From Nitrospirota bacterium (GTDB lineage: Bacteria > Nitrospirota > Nitrospiria > Nitrospirales > Nitrospiraceae), in assembly GCA_963701855.1 (NCBI GenBank), contig CAVPBK010000013.1, positions 1 through 64,000 on the forward strand: a DNA stretch of 64,000 nt, written 5' to 3'. The notes beneath the pieces were generated by a model that was not told the DNA's origin, ran no database searches, and saw only the letters and a program-made list of their open reading frames with translations. Positions 11,008 to 20,605 of the stretch are shown one piece after another (position 1 is the stretch's first letter; every line of letters starts with the position of its first letter). The position numbers and the translations under genes were made by a program.

Positions 11008-12540
11008 ATGACGATGAGGCAACCTTTATTGCTGATCCTGGCTTCTCTCTTCATACTTATCATTCCCTTCCCCTTCCTCGCTCACGCAGAAACCAAAATC
11101 CTGACCGCCGAAGCCGCCTACACGATGGGTGATGGCGAAACGCCATCCTTCGCTGAGGCTATGGCTCTGCTGAAAGCCAAGCAGATGGCGCTGGAGCAAG
11201 CTGGCACCTATGTCGAGAGCTATACGAAAGTTCAAAACCTCGATTTGACCACTGAGGAGATACAAACCATTGCGGGCGGAGTTCTTCAAGTCGAGGTTCT
11301 GGACAAAAGTCGAACATTGATCGGCGATGGCTTGCGGTTCTTTGTCAAGATCAAAGCCACCGTCACCACCGACAAAATGGAAGAACTCGCCCAGCGGATC
11401 AAGGGGAAAAGTGTAGCGGAAGAGTATAAGAAACTACAGGAAGAATACGCGAGGCTCAGCAAAGATATAGAAACTTTAAAGCAGTCAATAGCAGAGACCG
11501 CTCCTGGCCCGCAACGCAATGAGGCCATACAGCGGATTCAAGAGCGGGAAAGAGCATTTGCAGCAGCCCAAGAAAACGAGGGGACTCTTATTCAGCGACT
11601 GGTTTCCGGTCGAGACTTAGTATCTGCTTCCTCGGATGAGCAGGCCCAAGCGGATCAGATTATTGAGATTATCGCTCAGAAAGGCCATGTCATCATTCTG
11701 GGCGAACCCAAAGCCAAAGCGGTAGCCGGAAAGATGGACCACCTACAACTTGTGATACCCATTAGACTCAAGGTCGCTGCTAGCCTGATACCGACAATCT
11801 CTGAAACTGCCAAGTCTCTTGGAGGAAGTATCTGGCCGGAATTTGAGGTCAAGCTACGCGCTTGTGATCCCAGCAAGATCGATAAATCGAGATCTTCAAG
11901 CAGGCCGACACTCGATGAAATTGATGTACTCCTCGACTGCGGTGGTGAAGATGTCGGACACTTATCTATAGGCGGTTCAGCTGTGAGAATTCGAACCGGG
12001 ACAACAAACTCGCCTAAGGTCGTTCTTACTCTCATTCGCCTTGCAGAAGACCCATATATCGCTCAATACTTCCAGGAAATGCTTCACGGTCTTAGATTCG
12101 CTCTTCAACTTACCGTAGCCAAAGGTGAGAATGCGTTCTGCATCCTGGGAAAGATTCCCGCGCAAGAAAAGAAGCAAGAGAAAGAAAAAAAACTGGGCGA
12201 GGGTGAGCGCCTCCGTATTCTTGAAAAAAACTATAAAGAGTGGGAACCGCTTCGGAGAATTTTCCCTATCGGTGAGGTCAAACGTGAGCCGTTCGGCAAT
12301 TTTGAAATTCGCACAAAGTTTCATCCGGAACATTTTAATCCCCTACCTAGCCCAGGAGCAGACTCTGCGAGCACAGGCTATGTCGCAGTCGTGCACGAGG
12401 AGGCGGAATTTACAGTCAGCCTTGAGGCACCGAAGACGACAGTAAACCAATTAAAGAGCGTTACTGCACTCATGGTTTTGAAGAAAGACACGGGCAGCCA
12501 GCTTAAAGGACGAGAATATGAGTGCAAGGTTTTCCCATAG
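11008..12540 (+). CDS. Exported hypothetical protein with conserved N-terminal domain and coiled coil
   Basis: 510 aa ORF with signal peptide (AHA); YTMGDGETP..ALEQAGTYVES domain; upstream TTGACC-17-TAGCAT promoter-like sequence. Confidence 0.7.
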   Translation: MTMRQPLLLILASLFILIIPFPFLAHAETKILTAEAAYTMGDGETPSFAEAMALLKAKQMALEQAGTYVESYTKVQNLDLTTEEIQTIAGGVLQVEVLDKSRTLIGDGLRFFVKIKATVTTDKMEELAQRIKGKSVAEEYKKLQEEYARLSKDIETLKQSIAETAPGPQRNEAIQRIQERERAFAAAQENEGTLIQRLVSGRDLVSASSDEQAQADQIIEIIAQKGHVIILGEPKAKAVAGKMDHLQLVIPIRLKVAASLIPTISETAKSLGGSIWPEFEVKLRACDPSKIDKSRSSSRPTLDEIDVLLDCGGEDVGHLSIGGSAVRIRTGTTNSPKVVLTLIRLAEDPYIAQYFQEMLHGLRFALQLTVAKGENAFCILGKIPAQEKKQEKEKKLGEGERLRILEKNYKEWEPLRRIFPIGEVKREPFGNFEIRTKFHPEHFNPLPSPGADSASTGYVAVVHEEAEFTVSLEAPKTTVNQLKSVTALMVLKKDTGSQLKGREYECKVFP

Positions 12541-13279
12541 AGCGATGACAACGGACAAAACCAAACTCACACCCTCTTTCTGGACCGACCACCTTCAGTA
12601 TCTGCACAAGTCGATTCTCGCTCAGATTACGAGAATCCGGGCAGGCTCGAAACACCCAACGATTATTGGCACCTCAATTGAAACGGTTATACGGCATGCT
12701 CTCAGAGACTACTTCCCTCATCGTTTTTCGATAGGAACGGGACAAATCGCTGCCCACACTGGGAAACTCAGCCCACAGATGGATATCCTTATCTACGATC
12801 AAACAACCTTTCCACTTCTTGCACTTCATGAAGATGATTCAGTAATTGTGTGCTGCGAAAGTGTGTTTGGTTGCATCGAGATCAAGACCAAGTGGAACTC
12901 CCGCGACATCGAGGATCACTTCGTGAGATTCACCGCAGTTGATAGGGAACGACATCCGAGCTTCAACTCACAATCTTCAGAAGATGCTGCCTCTTATACG
13001 ATGATCTGTGTTGAACCGCTAAAAGATCCTGATCTCACATGGTCCTCATTGAAGAAGCAAGACAGACAGGTACTCATTACGAGTCTTCTGGGAAATGTGG
13101 CTTGGTTTAGCGAATGGGGCGAAGGAGCGTTTCGCAAAGTAAAGACAGAGAACCCGCTGGAAACAGTTTTCCAACATCTTCTCGGAGATTGCATGAGAAA
13201 GAAGTTCATCCAACAAACGGGGCCGGTCGAGACTTATAACGCCGTGGGACGTTATTTTGGGTGGAAGCCAATTGCATAA
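12518..13279 (+). CDS. DUF6602-like PD-(D/E)XK nuclease-family protein
   Basis: GTSIE..L..YFP.RFSIGTGQI..SPQMDILIYD..ESVFGCIEIKT pattern. The start may be ATG 12545. Confidence 0.7.
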   Translation: MSARFSHRAMTTDKTKLTPSFWTDHLQYLHKSILAQITRIRAGSKHPTIIGTSIETVIRHALRDYFPHRFSIGTGQIAAHTGKLSPQMDILIYDQTTFPLLALHEDDSVIVCCESVFGCIEIKTKWNSRDIEDHFVRFTAVDRERHPSFNSQSSEDAASYTMICVEPLKDPDLTWSSLKKQDRQVLITSLLGNVAWFSEWGEGAFRKVKTENPLETVFQHLLGDCMRKKFIQQTGPVETYNAVGRYFGWKPIA

Positions 13280-13429
13280 CTTTGGCATGAATCAGAACCG
13301 ATGCCAAGAACCGTTCTCAGAAACCGAGTGGCAGATCCAAGACTGGCTTGCATCGTTTGCCCTTCCCAGGCCTTTCCAATGTACTGGAACCATCCGTAAG
13401 TATCCTCATATCCAGAGGAGTCAAAGGCA

Positions 13430-13627
13430 ATGGCAACGCTCACGATATCCCTCTCAGATGAAGAAATGCGGCGACTGGAAGAGCTGAGCAAGCGCGAGGG
13501 CCTGACCGTCGAGCAGATGGTGCGCTTCGGCATCAACGACTTTATCGATCAGCCTGATGACGCGTTCCACGCCGCTGCCAAGTGTGTGATGGAGAAGAAC
13601 GCCGATCTCTACCGCCGCCTCTCTTAG
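13430..13627 (+). CDS. Ribbon-helix-helix (CopG-like) antitoxin-type protein
   Basis: RBS GAGGAG; TLTISLSDEE..LEELSKREG..EQMVR RHH pattern; C-terminus VMEKNADLYRRLS typical of Doc-partner antitoxins. Confidence 0.7.
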   Translation: MATLTISLSDEEMRRLEELSKREGLTVEQMVRFGINDFIDQPDDAFHAAAKCVMEKNADLYRRLS

Positions 13628-13639
13628 CCCACCAACTCA

Positions 13640-13762
13640 TTAATCTGCTAGTCGCTTCAACATCGACCCATACTGTTTGCGCAGCTCTTTGATCACAGCT
13701 TTGATTCGTGACGAGCCGACCCCAATCTTCGCTTTCTTCTGACTCACCATGTTGGCTTTCAT
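13640..13762 (-). CDS. 40-aa antitoxin-like peptide (not in ORF track)
   Basis: Manual translation MKANMVSQKKAKIGVGSSRIKAVIKELRKQYGSMLKRLAD; TACTAT 6 nt before the ATG (leaderless-type promoter). Confidence 0.5.
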   Translation of the reverse strand: MKANMVSQKKAKIGVGSSRIKAVIKELRKQYGSMLKRLAD

Positions 13763-13885
13763 AGTTCAATAGTAGCGAAGACTTGACGGAAGAATAAATG
13801 CCGGTCACGCCATACTCATCCGCACCAGCCCGTAGATTATATGGGGCTTACCGAAGCGTCCCGACGTAGCGACGGAGAGCAGAGG

Positions 13886-14278
13886 TCAACGCGATTTTTT
13901 CCGAACTGTCTTGGCGCGGAACCAGTCGGCAATCGTATCGACACTTGGCTTCAAGGTCGTCACGTACATCGCAAATTGTTCCAGCTCAGGATTTGTTGCG
14001 GTCAGGCGATAACTATTCACTTGAAGAAACAGAACGGCGGTGGAAATGCTGATCCGCTTGTTGCCATCAATGAAAGCGTGATTCCTCGTCAGGCCGTCCA
14101 TCAATACCGCAGCTTTGGCGAAGATGTCGGGATAGAACTCTGTGTCGCCAAAGGCAGCTTGCGGGCGCGCGAGGGCAGACTCCAGCCCTCCAAGATCGCG
14201 CACACCATGCTCTCCGCCGGTCTCTTCGATCAATCGATCGTGAAGAAACAGGACTTGCTCGGCACTGAGGTAGATCAC
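13886..14278 (-). CDS. doc: Death-on-curing (Doc/Fic family) toxin
   Basis: 130 aa; GVRDLGGLESALARP and HAFIDGNKR motif. Confidence 0.9.
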   Translation of the reverse strand: MIYLSAEQVLFLHDRLIEETGGEHGVRDLGGLESALARPQAAFGDTEFYPDIFAKAAVLMDGLTRNHAFIDGNKRISISTAVLFLQVNSYRLTATNPELEQFAMYVTTLKPSVDTIADWFRAKTVRKKSR

Positions 14279-14454
14279 CGCTTTGCGAGGACTTCTAGAG
14301 CAGGGCGATATCGCTTGATAAAGGCTTCGACTTGATCTGCAAAGGTCTGTTTCACCTTACGCCGCATGACAGCCGTGTCAGAAGAAGAGCCTTTCTTCTG
14401 TTTACTAACTGCCGATTTATTGGCCTTGAGAACGTTGCTCTTCATGGATGCCAT
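14275..14454 (-). CDS. Cognate antitoxin-like peptide upstream of doc (59 aa; not in ORF track)
   Basis: MASMKSNVLKANKSAVSKQKKGSSSDTAVMRRKVKQTFADQVEAFIKRYRPALEVLAKR; stop overlaps the doc start (GTGA). Alternative start at 14445. Confidence 0.7.
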   Translation of the reverse strand: MASMKSNVLKANKSAVSKQKKGSSSDTAVMRRKVKQTFADQVEAFIKRYRPALEVLAKR

Positions 14455-14502
14455 GATACCTCAGTCCCCATGTGAAGACAACGCACGGTACAAACTCAGC
14501 TA

Positions 14503-16068
14503 TCACACCTTCCCCAGTCGCACTGGCCCATAGGTTTGCCTGGCTTGTTGGAGTTCCTTCACGTGCCTGCGGAGGGCTAGGCCGAATTTGGAGGCGAGGA
14601 CTGCTTTTCTGTGAGGTGCGATGTTGTGCTCGACCTGCTCGATCGTTTCTGCCAACTGCTTGACCAGCCGCTGACCTGAGCCTGTGAGCCACTTGAGATG
14701 CCAGCTGGCATATTCCAAATCCTGGATCGAGTAGCGGACGGATTCCACTTCTTCGAGACAACGAAACCTCGCTCGTTGCAGATCGCGTTGGGTTAGACCT
14801 GCACGTTTCCATCTAGCCGATCCACCCAGCCCGGACGCCCACGTCGAGAGTCGCTCGAACAGCATTGCTCCCATGGTAAAGGTAAAGGCCGCATGGAGAA
14901 TACCTCTGAGCGGACGCAGGCTGCGGCGCCAGGGGGAATAGAAGATCTGCTGGTTGCGATCCCCGTGATAGAGAATCTGTTTGCGAAGCAGTAGGTTTAA
15001 ATGGTGATGGCTATTCTCGTGAATCATATCGTCGATTAAATCGAGATTGTCCCGATCGAAGCAGTTGATAAAGGAAAGCCCTGGCCGGTGGCGGTAGCTG
15101 AAACTGACGACGCCCTTGGCCTTGAGGGGGATGATCCGGGTGGTCAAGAGTGCAAGGACCTCCTGCCCTTCCGGCCAGGACTCTTCCACGATTGTCCATG
15201 CCCGCCCAATTCGTGCAACCTGATCAGCCGAGGTGGCGGCCACCGTACGAGGCTGACGATCCTTATCATAGACGAGCGCCGGCCCGACTGTGACGGCTCC
15301 GGATCGAGTCTCCATTGCCACGACCGGTGGCCGGTAAGCCCAGTGCCACTCCAATCGATTGCCTCTCCTTATGCACAGAGGCATCGCGGTTCGCCCGATC
15401 TTCAAAGACAGCTCTTGCGGCTGAACTAGAATGGTTGCCTGGCCAGATACTTGTTTGAGGACTTTCTTCACCGGGGGAGGCGCCTCGCAGAAATCACCCT
15501 CCATCCCAACGGCCATCGTTCCGAACATCTCTGCCCGTTCGACATTGTGACCGAGCTGTACCGCTACGGTCCAAGAGGGAACCTTGCGAGAGGCGCACCA
15601 CAGCATCGGCAGTCCCGGCACGAGACAGAGCGATTCCTGTGTCAGCTCCTGCGTAAGACGGGCACAGAGGTCGTTGAGGCGCCGTTTGAGTCCCGATGCC
15701 TGCGAAACGCCGCGTGGGAATAGATCGTCCAGATAACTGTTCTCGAAAAACTTCTCTTCGCACTCGGCAAACAACTGCGCCGAAAACTCACGGGGATTCT
15801 TCTCCTCGCGGATTTGTTGCACCAGATCGATGAAGTAGACTAGGTCGTTCAGCGCTTCGATCCAGCCGACCACTTTCCAGTGGGCATAGGCATCCCGTTC
15901 GAGCGCTTGCCCAAGGAACCGGAAATAGGCCACTGGCAAGGCCAGCGATTTCGCAACATCTGCATATTGGTTTTCCAAGTCCAGGCAGAGGTCGCCCAAC
16001 AATCGCTTCATCGACAGACGAAACTCTTCCTGAAGACGAGCCAGCAATGGCACATCAAGCAACGGCAT
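14503..16068 (-). CDS. HExxH-motif protein (aKG-HExxH peptide hydroxylase-like)
   Basis: IHENSHHHL followed by FYSPWRRSLRPLRGILHA, the signature of RiPP-associated HExxH domains. Confidence 0.8.
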   Translation of the reverse strand: MPLLDVPLLARLQEEFRLSMKRLLGDLCLDLENQYADVAKSLALPVAYFRFLGQALERDAYAHWKVVGWIEALNDLVYFIDLVQQIREEKNPREFSAQLFAECEEKFFENSYLDDLFPRGVSQASGLKRRLNDLCARLTQELTQESLCLVPGLPMLWCASRKVPSWTVAVQLGHNVERAEMFGTMAVGMEGDFCEAPPPVKKVLKQVSGQATILVQPQELSLKIGRTAMPLCIRRGNRLEWHWAYRPPVVAMETRSGAVTVGPALVYDKDRQPRTVAATSADQVARIGRAWTIVEESWPEGQEVLALLTTRIIPLKAKGVVSFSYRHRPGLSFINCFDRDNLDLIDDMIHENSHHHLNLLLRKQILYHGDRNQQIFYSPWRRSLRPLRGILHAAFTFTMGAMLFERLSTWASGLGGSARWKRAGLTQRDLQRARFRCLEEVESVRYSIQDLEYASWHLKWLTGSGQRLVKQLAETIEQVEHNIAPHRKAVLASKFGLALRRHVKELQQARQTYGPVRLGKV

Positions 16069-16165
16069 GGGAAAAACAGGCTCCGAGGTAGAGGAAAGAA
16101 TCAGACTGTACCGGAGGAAGGGATGCGCTGCAAGAAGAGCGGGCGAGTGAAGTGGTTGCCGGGGG

Positions 16166-16936
16166 TTAGCGGGTGAGTATACCTATTTTTTTCGGGACCC
16201 TGTGAAATGCCTTCTTCGGTAGGTAGCCAAGTTCTTCAAGGCGCAGTTCTTTGACATGCTGCATCACGTGATCGCTGAGATCGGTCTGCACAGATGCTTC
16301 CTGAGACGGTGTGGAGACTGTTACCTGCTTGAAGGGTAGTTCATCCTTCCAGAGCAGTTGGCCATCGCGAGTTATCAGGTATAGATAGAGGCGACGTGAG
16401 CCCTCTGCTTTCCACCCCCATTCGCTCGGGTGCGAGGCTGAACCGGCGACAACTCGACTGACGAGAACGGTGTCGACGCCCAGATCCCGCGTGACCTCTT
16501 TGGCTAGGGCACTACGATTTGCGTCATCGGCTTGTTTCGATTGTGTGTCGGCGGCGGCGATTCCTGTCGCGATGCTCACCGGCATTTCGACACGCAACGC
16601 GGTTTCTTGCTGCAACAGGGTGGCAAGCCGCGCGCCCATCTCCGGATCGCCCTCAACTGGAAGGATTGCTACGCTCGTCACCTTCGAATTGGGAACAGCA
16701 CCGCTCGAAAGTCCCTGCTGTGCCACCCATGATTGCTCGAACGGCTCAAAGGTCGCATTGCTGCTCCTCATGGAATCCACTGCCACCATTGCCACCCAGG
16801 CTCCGGCGAGGCAACCCTGCAGCAGAAAGGATCCGGTCACAACCAGACTGAGGGTCATGACACGCACCCAACTACACCGACTACCGACTCGAACTGTTGC
16901 CACACTGAAGGGTCTTGTCATGGTGTCGCGTTCCAT
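16166..16936 (-). CDS. Hypothetical lipoprotein
   Basis: Hydrophobic stretch with LQGC lipobox; true start may be 16921. Confidence 0.65.
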   Translation of the reverse strand: MERDTMTRPFSVATVRVGSRCSWVRVMTLSLVVTGSFLLQGCLAGAWVAMVAVDSMRSSNATFEPFEQSWVAQQGLSSGAVPNSKVTSVAILPVEGDPEMGARLATLLQQETALRVEMPVSIATGIAAADTQSKQADDANRSALAKEVTRDLGVDTVLVSRVVAGSASHPSEWGWKAEGSRRLYLYLITRDGQLLWKDELPFKQVTVSTPSQEASVQTDLSDHVMQHVKELRLEELGYLPKKAFHRVPKKIGILTR

Positions 16937-16948
16937 AAGAGGTGTTTC

Positions 16949-16964
16949 AGCAAGAGAAGTGCCT
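16949..16964 (-). promoter_or_regulatory. Sigma-54 -24/-12 promoter candidate
   Basis: Minus strand AGGCACTTCTCTTGCT (GG-N10-GC). Confidence 0.55.
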
Positions 16965-17230
16965 TACTAGGGCGAGCCTCACACATCACCTCCAACCTGT
17001 CGAGTTATTTACTATTTTCGCCAAGCCATCAGAAGTACGCCCCGTCACTTCCGCTGAGCAGAGCGCCTAAAGCATATAGCTGGATGAACAAGGTTGAACG
17101 TCGATGAAGAAGAACGCGCGGGACACCAGAAGGCTGGGAACGGAACCGAAATCTTATTGAGCAGATCGTGATATCACGACAAGGGGTCAAGGCTCGTTAA
17201 TATCGTCGGGCAGCGATACCAAGCCCGGAG

Positions 17231-17458
17231 TCAGGCCGTCGCTTTGAGCGCGTAACGGAGCCGCGGCATGGCCGTTTTTGTTTCGAGTAAACGCATGGCT
17301 CCCGCCTGTTGGATCATCCGATGTTGCTGAATGAGCGGATCGACAATGTTCCCGCAGGACACACATCGCCAGCCTTTCATCCACATCGGAATACTGCTCT
17401 CCCGTATGTCGAGCAAATTATCAGTAACCATGAAACCGTCACATCTTGCACATTGCAT
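17231..17458 (-). CDS. Small zinc-ribbon protein (75 aa)
   Basis: RBS GAGGAGG; CARC...CVSCG motifs. Confidence 0.75.
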   Translation of the reverse strand: MQCARCDGFMVTDNLLDIRESSIPMWMKGWRCVSCGNIVDPLIQQHRMIQQAGAMRLLETKTAMPRLRYALKATA

Positions 17459-17545
17459 GGGGCCCTCCTCTGTGAACGCTGGAGCCCACGACGCCACACC
17501 CACTACCTTAGCAGCCGTGTGACCAGCCGTTTGCCTGCTTAAGAG

Positions 17546-17561
17546 AGCAATCGCAATGCCA
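17546..17561 (-). promoter_or_regulatory. Sigma-54 -24/-12 promoter candidate
   Basis: Minus strand TGGCATTGCGATTGCT. Confidence 0.65.
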
Positions 17562-17784
17562 CGGGTGTTGTTATGACCGCTTGCGTGTTTTAGCAGTGAA
17601 TCGTAGAGTGCGGTCGAGCAGCATTCGGCTATACCGCTTATACGTGTGACACATATTGGTCCCATGCGGCAAAAATGGTCTGGACACGCGCCGACCGAGC
17701 CGATAGCCTGGGATGGGAAATCCCGTCATTCATTGTAGATCGACGCCACTCTCTTCAAGCACAGCGGCCAATCGAAGACGAATC

Positions 17785-19233
17785 ATGGCACTGACCGCGA
17801 CAGAAATTGCGAAGGTGATGGGTGAATGTGCGCTGGCCTTGGCAGGAGGCTGGATTCAGAAAGTTTACCAACCGACGGATCGTACGCTGGTATTGGAGAT
17901 TCGTGTGCCAGGGCGGACGCACCGACTTCTCATCTCGTGCCACCGGGAGACCGCCCGTCTGCACCTCACCACAGCGGCCTTTCAGAATCCACCGACGCCG
18001 CCACCATTTTGTCAATTTCTTCGTGCCCATCTGCAAGGAGCACGAATCGACCAAGCCGAACAGATTCACGAAGACCGGATCGTTCAGCTTGCACTGACAG
18101 CCAAAGAAGGCTCCTGCAGATTGGTCGCGGAGCTGACAGGGAAGACTTCGAATCTCCTTGTACTCGATGAAGCTGGCCGTATCCAACGAGACCTGAATGG
18201 GGTAAAGGGTCTTGTCGGACAGCTATACGTTCCTCCCGCTCACCAGCAACGAGAACGCGGTGCCGCCGACCACACGCGATTCAACCAGCACCTCCCAGCG
18301 TCACCATTTTCTCTGTCGGCTGCTATCGAAGATCATTACCACGAGGCAGAAGCCGCTTCCGTCGTTGAGACCGTGCGGAACGCCAGGGCAGGGATACTCA
18401 GAAAATCCATCAAGAAGCTTCGCCGCCGTATTGAAGCATGGCACGAAGACCTCACAAAGGCGGAGAAATACCAGACCTATGCTCGCTACGGCGAACTCAT
18501 CAAGGCGAACCTCGGGACCATCCGCAAGGGTCAAACCGATGTCACCCTGGTGGATTATTTTAATGAGGAACTTCCCAATCTGACAATCCCGCTCGACCAA
18601 GCCAAAACTCCCCAAGGTAATATGGATGATTACTTCCGAAAGCATCGGAAGCACCTGGCGGCAGAGCGGGAGCTACGGCCACGTATCGAGGAAGGGCAGA
18701 AGGAATTGGAGACTCTGTCCCAAGAAATGACTACTATTGAACAGGGAATCTGGCAGCCGCCAGATAAACTCCATTCCATCGTGCGCGCACGAACCCTCTC
18801 ACGGACAGGAGCGGGAAAGGGCCGCCAGGAACAACGACAGGGTCCATTCCGCCGCTTCATTTCATCAGACGGTTTGACGATTTATGTCGGAAGAAACGCG
18901 CGCGAGAACGATGAGCTGACGTTCGGCCTCGCCAAGAGCGATGACCTCTGGCTGCATGCCCGCGGTACGCCTGGCTCACACGTCGTGGTGCGCTTGGAAA
19001 AAGGAAGCGATCCACCGCCTGAGACAATACGAGACGCCGCCACCCTGGCGCTTCTCTACAGCGATTTAAAGAAAAACGGCAAAGGCGATGTGATCTACAC
19101 TCGTCGCAAGTGGGTCAAGAAAGCAAAGGGCCAGGCGCCAGGCGCCGTCATCGTCACCCAGGAGAAATCGCTGCATGTGAGTCTGGAAAAGAAACGGTTG
19201 GATGCATTCAAGGCCCGATCATCTCACGAGTAA
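17785..19233 (+). CDS. rqcH: NFACT family ribosome quality control protein (RqcH/FbpA)
   Basis: IQKVYQP, LRAHLQGARI, IYVGRNARENDELTF..DLWLHARGTPGSHV motifs. Confidence 0.9.
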   Translation: MALTATEIAKVMGECALALAGGWIQKVYQPTDRTLVLEIRVPGRTHRLLISCHRETARLHLTTAAFQNPPTPPPFCQFLRAHLQGARIDQAEQIHEDRIVQLALTAKEGSCRLVAELTGKTSNLLVLDEAGRIQRDLNGVKGLVGQLYVPPAHQQRERGAADHTRFNQHLPASPFSLSAAIEDHYHEAEAASVVETVRNARAGILRKSIKKLRRRIEAWHEDLTKAEKYQTYARYGELIKANLGTIRKGQTDVTLVDYFNEELPNLTIPLDQAKTPQGNMDDYFRKHRKHLAAERELRPRIEEGQKELETLSQEMTTIEQGIWQPPDKLHSIVRARTLSRTGAGKGRQEQRQGPFRRFISSDGLTIYVGRNARENDELTFGLAKSDDLWLHARGTPGSHVVVRLEKGSDPPPETIRDAATLALLYSDLKKNGKGDVIYTRRKWVKKAKGQAPGAVIVTQEKSLHVSLEKKRLDAFKARSSHE

Positions 19234-19395
19234 CTGCCAGAATTGCTCACTACCTTTCCGCTCATTCCCTTACCGTGCTGCGTGCCCATACATATATGAG
19301 CAGCTCCTCATCTCTCTATCCATGCTGCCAGAAACGTGGATTTACTCGCCATGGACTCTGTCCGGTACTATAGTGTCGGCATAGGTAACTACACT

Positions 19396-19911
19396 ATGTC
19401 CGGACAGCAGAACACTAGATCTCAATCCCCGTCGCCCACCATCTTGGTGGTCGATGACGAGCCGAGCATCACGAGGCTGTGTAAGACGATACTTCAACAG
19501 GCAGGTTTTCTGGTTCTCGATGCAGACGATAGTTCAGTGGCCCTCAAAATCTGCGCTCAGCACGAAGGGCCCATCGATCTGCTGGTTACAGACATCATCC
19601 TCCCTCCTCCGGATTTTCAATTGGCCTCAAGCTCCAATCAATTCCCTCACGTGCACGGCCACGAGCTGGCTGTCCGCGCCCTCAGCATGCGAAAAGACTT
19701 GCGAGTGATTCTTATGTCCGGCAATATCGATAAAGATATGGCAGGGTACGGCGTACACCGGGGGGAAGTCCCGTTTCTTCCCAAACCACTTGAGGCCCAA
19801 TCCCTGGTGGCACTTGTGCGACAGACTCTCCAAGCGCCTCCGCCCTCGGTTGAAAGCCTGACAGCTGGCCCGTCAGAAACTCCAAAAGTCGGTGATGGGT
19901 GGGTCGATTAG
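19396..19911 (+). CDS. Single-domain response regulator
   Basis: ILVVDDE, LLVTD, ILMSG, FLPKP receiver motifs, with an insertion after the phospho-Asp. Confidence 0.85.
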   Translation: MSGQQNTRSQSPSPTILVVDDEPSITRLCKTILQQAGFLVLDADDSSVALKICAQHEGPIDLLVTDIILPPPDFQLASSSNQFPHVHGHELAVRALSMRKDLRVILMSGNIDKDMAGYGVHRGEVPFLPKPLEAQSLVALVRQTLQAPPPSVESLTAGPSETPKVGDGWVD

Positions 19912-19967
19912 CTGACGACCCCCACCTACTCGACAAAGCGACCATCTCTGGTTCTGCGGCAATATGC

Positions 19968-20004
19968 AAAACGGGGCTGCCATCATGTCAATGGCAGCCC
20001 CGTT
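19968..20004 (-). terminator. Intrinsic terminator downstream of the RRM gene
   Basis: 14-bp IR AACGGGGCTGCCAT/ATGGCAGCCCCGTT with T tail on the minus strand. Confidence 0.8.
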
Positions 20005-20022
20005 CAGATTTGAAAGTACGTA

Positions 20023-20355
20023 TTACCAGCGATCGCGCTTGCCGCCGCCGGCACCGCCACGACCGCCACCGCCTCCCCCACCGAATCCACCGCCACCAGT
20101 GCGCGGCTCCTGGGGCCGCGCCTCATTCACAGTTAAAGTCCTGCCACCCATTTCCGCACCGTTGAGAGCGGTAATGGCCGCCTGCGCTTCCGCATCCGAG
20201 GACATCTCGACGAAACCGAAACCGCGCGACTGTCCCGTGAACTTATCCGTAATGATCCGCGCGGAAGCGACTGCGCCATGTCGCCCGAAAAGATCGCTCA
20301 ATTCCTGCTCGGTCGCCGAGTAAGGCAACCCACCGACATAGATCTTTGAACCCAT
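20023..20355 (-). CDS. RRM RNA-binding protein with Gly-rich tail
   Basis: RNP2 IYVGGL and RNP1 RGFGFVEM; RBS AAGGAGG. Confidence 0.95.
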   Translation of the reverse strand: MGSKIYVGGLPYSATEQELSDLFGRHGAVASARIITDKFTGQSRGFGFVEMSSDAEAQAAITALNGAEMGGRTLTVNEARPQEPRTGGGGFGGGGGGGRGGAGGGKRDRW

Positions 20356-20605
20356 CTGGGGTTCCTCCTTATGAGTATGATGACATTGCCTTGTCCACGA
20401 GGAACGGAGGAAGGAGCGGGCCGAAGACGCGAAGGATGCGGCGGCTCAGGTCTGACTTCCGACGAGATTCTCGAGCAAGGCAACATCGATGCTGCAGACC
20501 TGAATGTTTTGCTCCACCTCACCGCCAGGCCCCTGCAATAAGGTAGCCGTAGGCTATCATAGCCTTTTTAAAAATGGCAATCTGAACCCCAAACCCCCTG
20601 TCGAC

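Noticed and set aside
10900..14500. Integron cassette array (TA genes, TAAC after a stop codon)
   Set aside because: No paired RYYYAAC...GTTRRRY attC hairpins found, mixed gene orientation, and no integron integrase.
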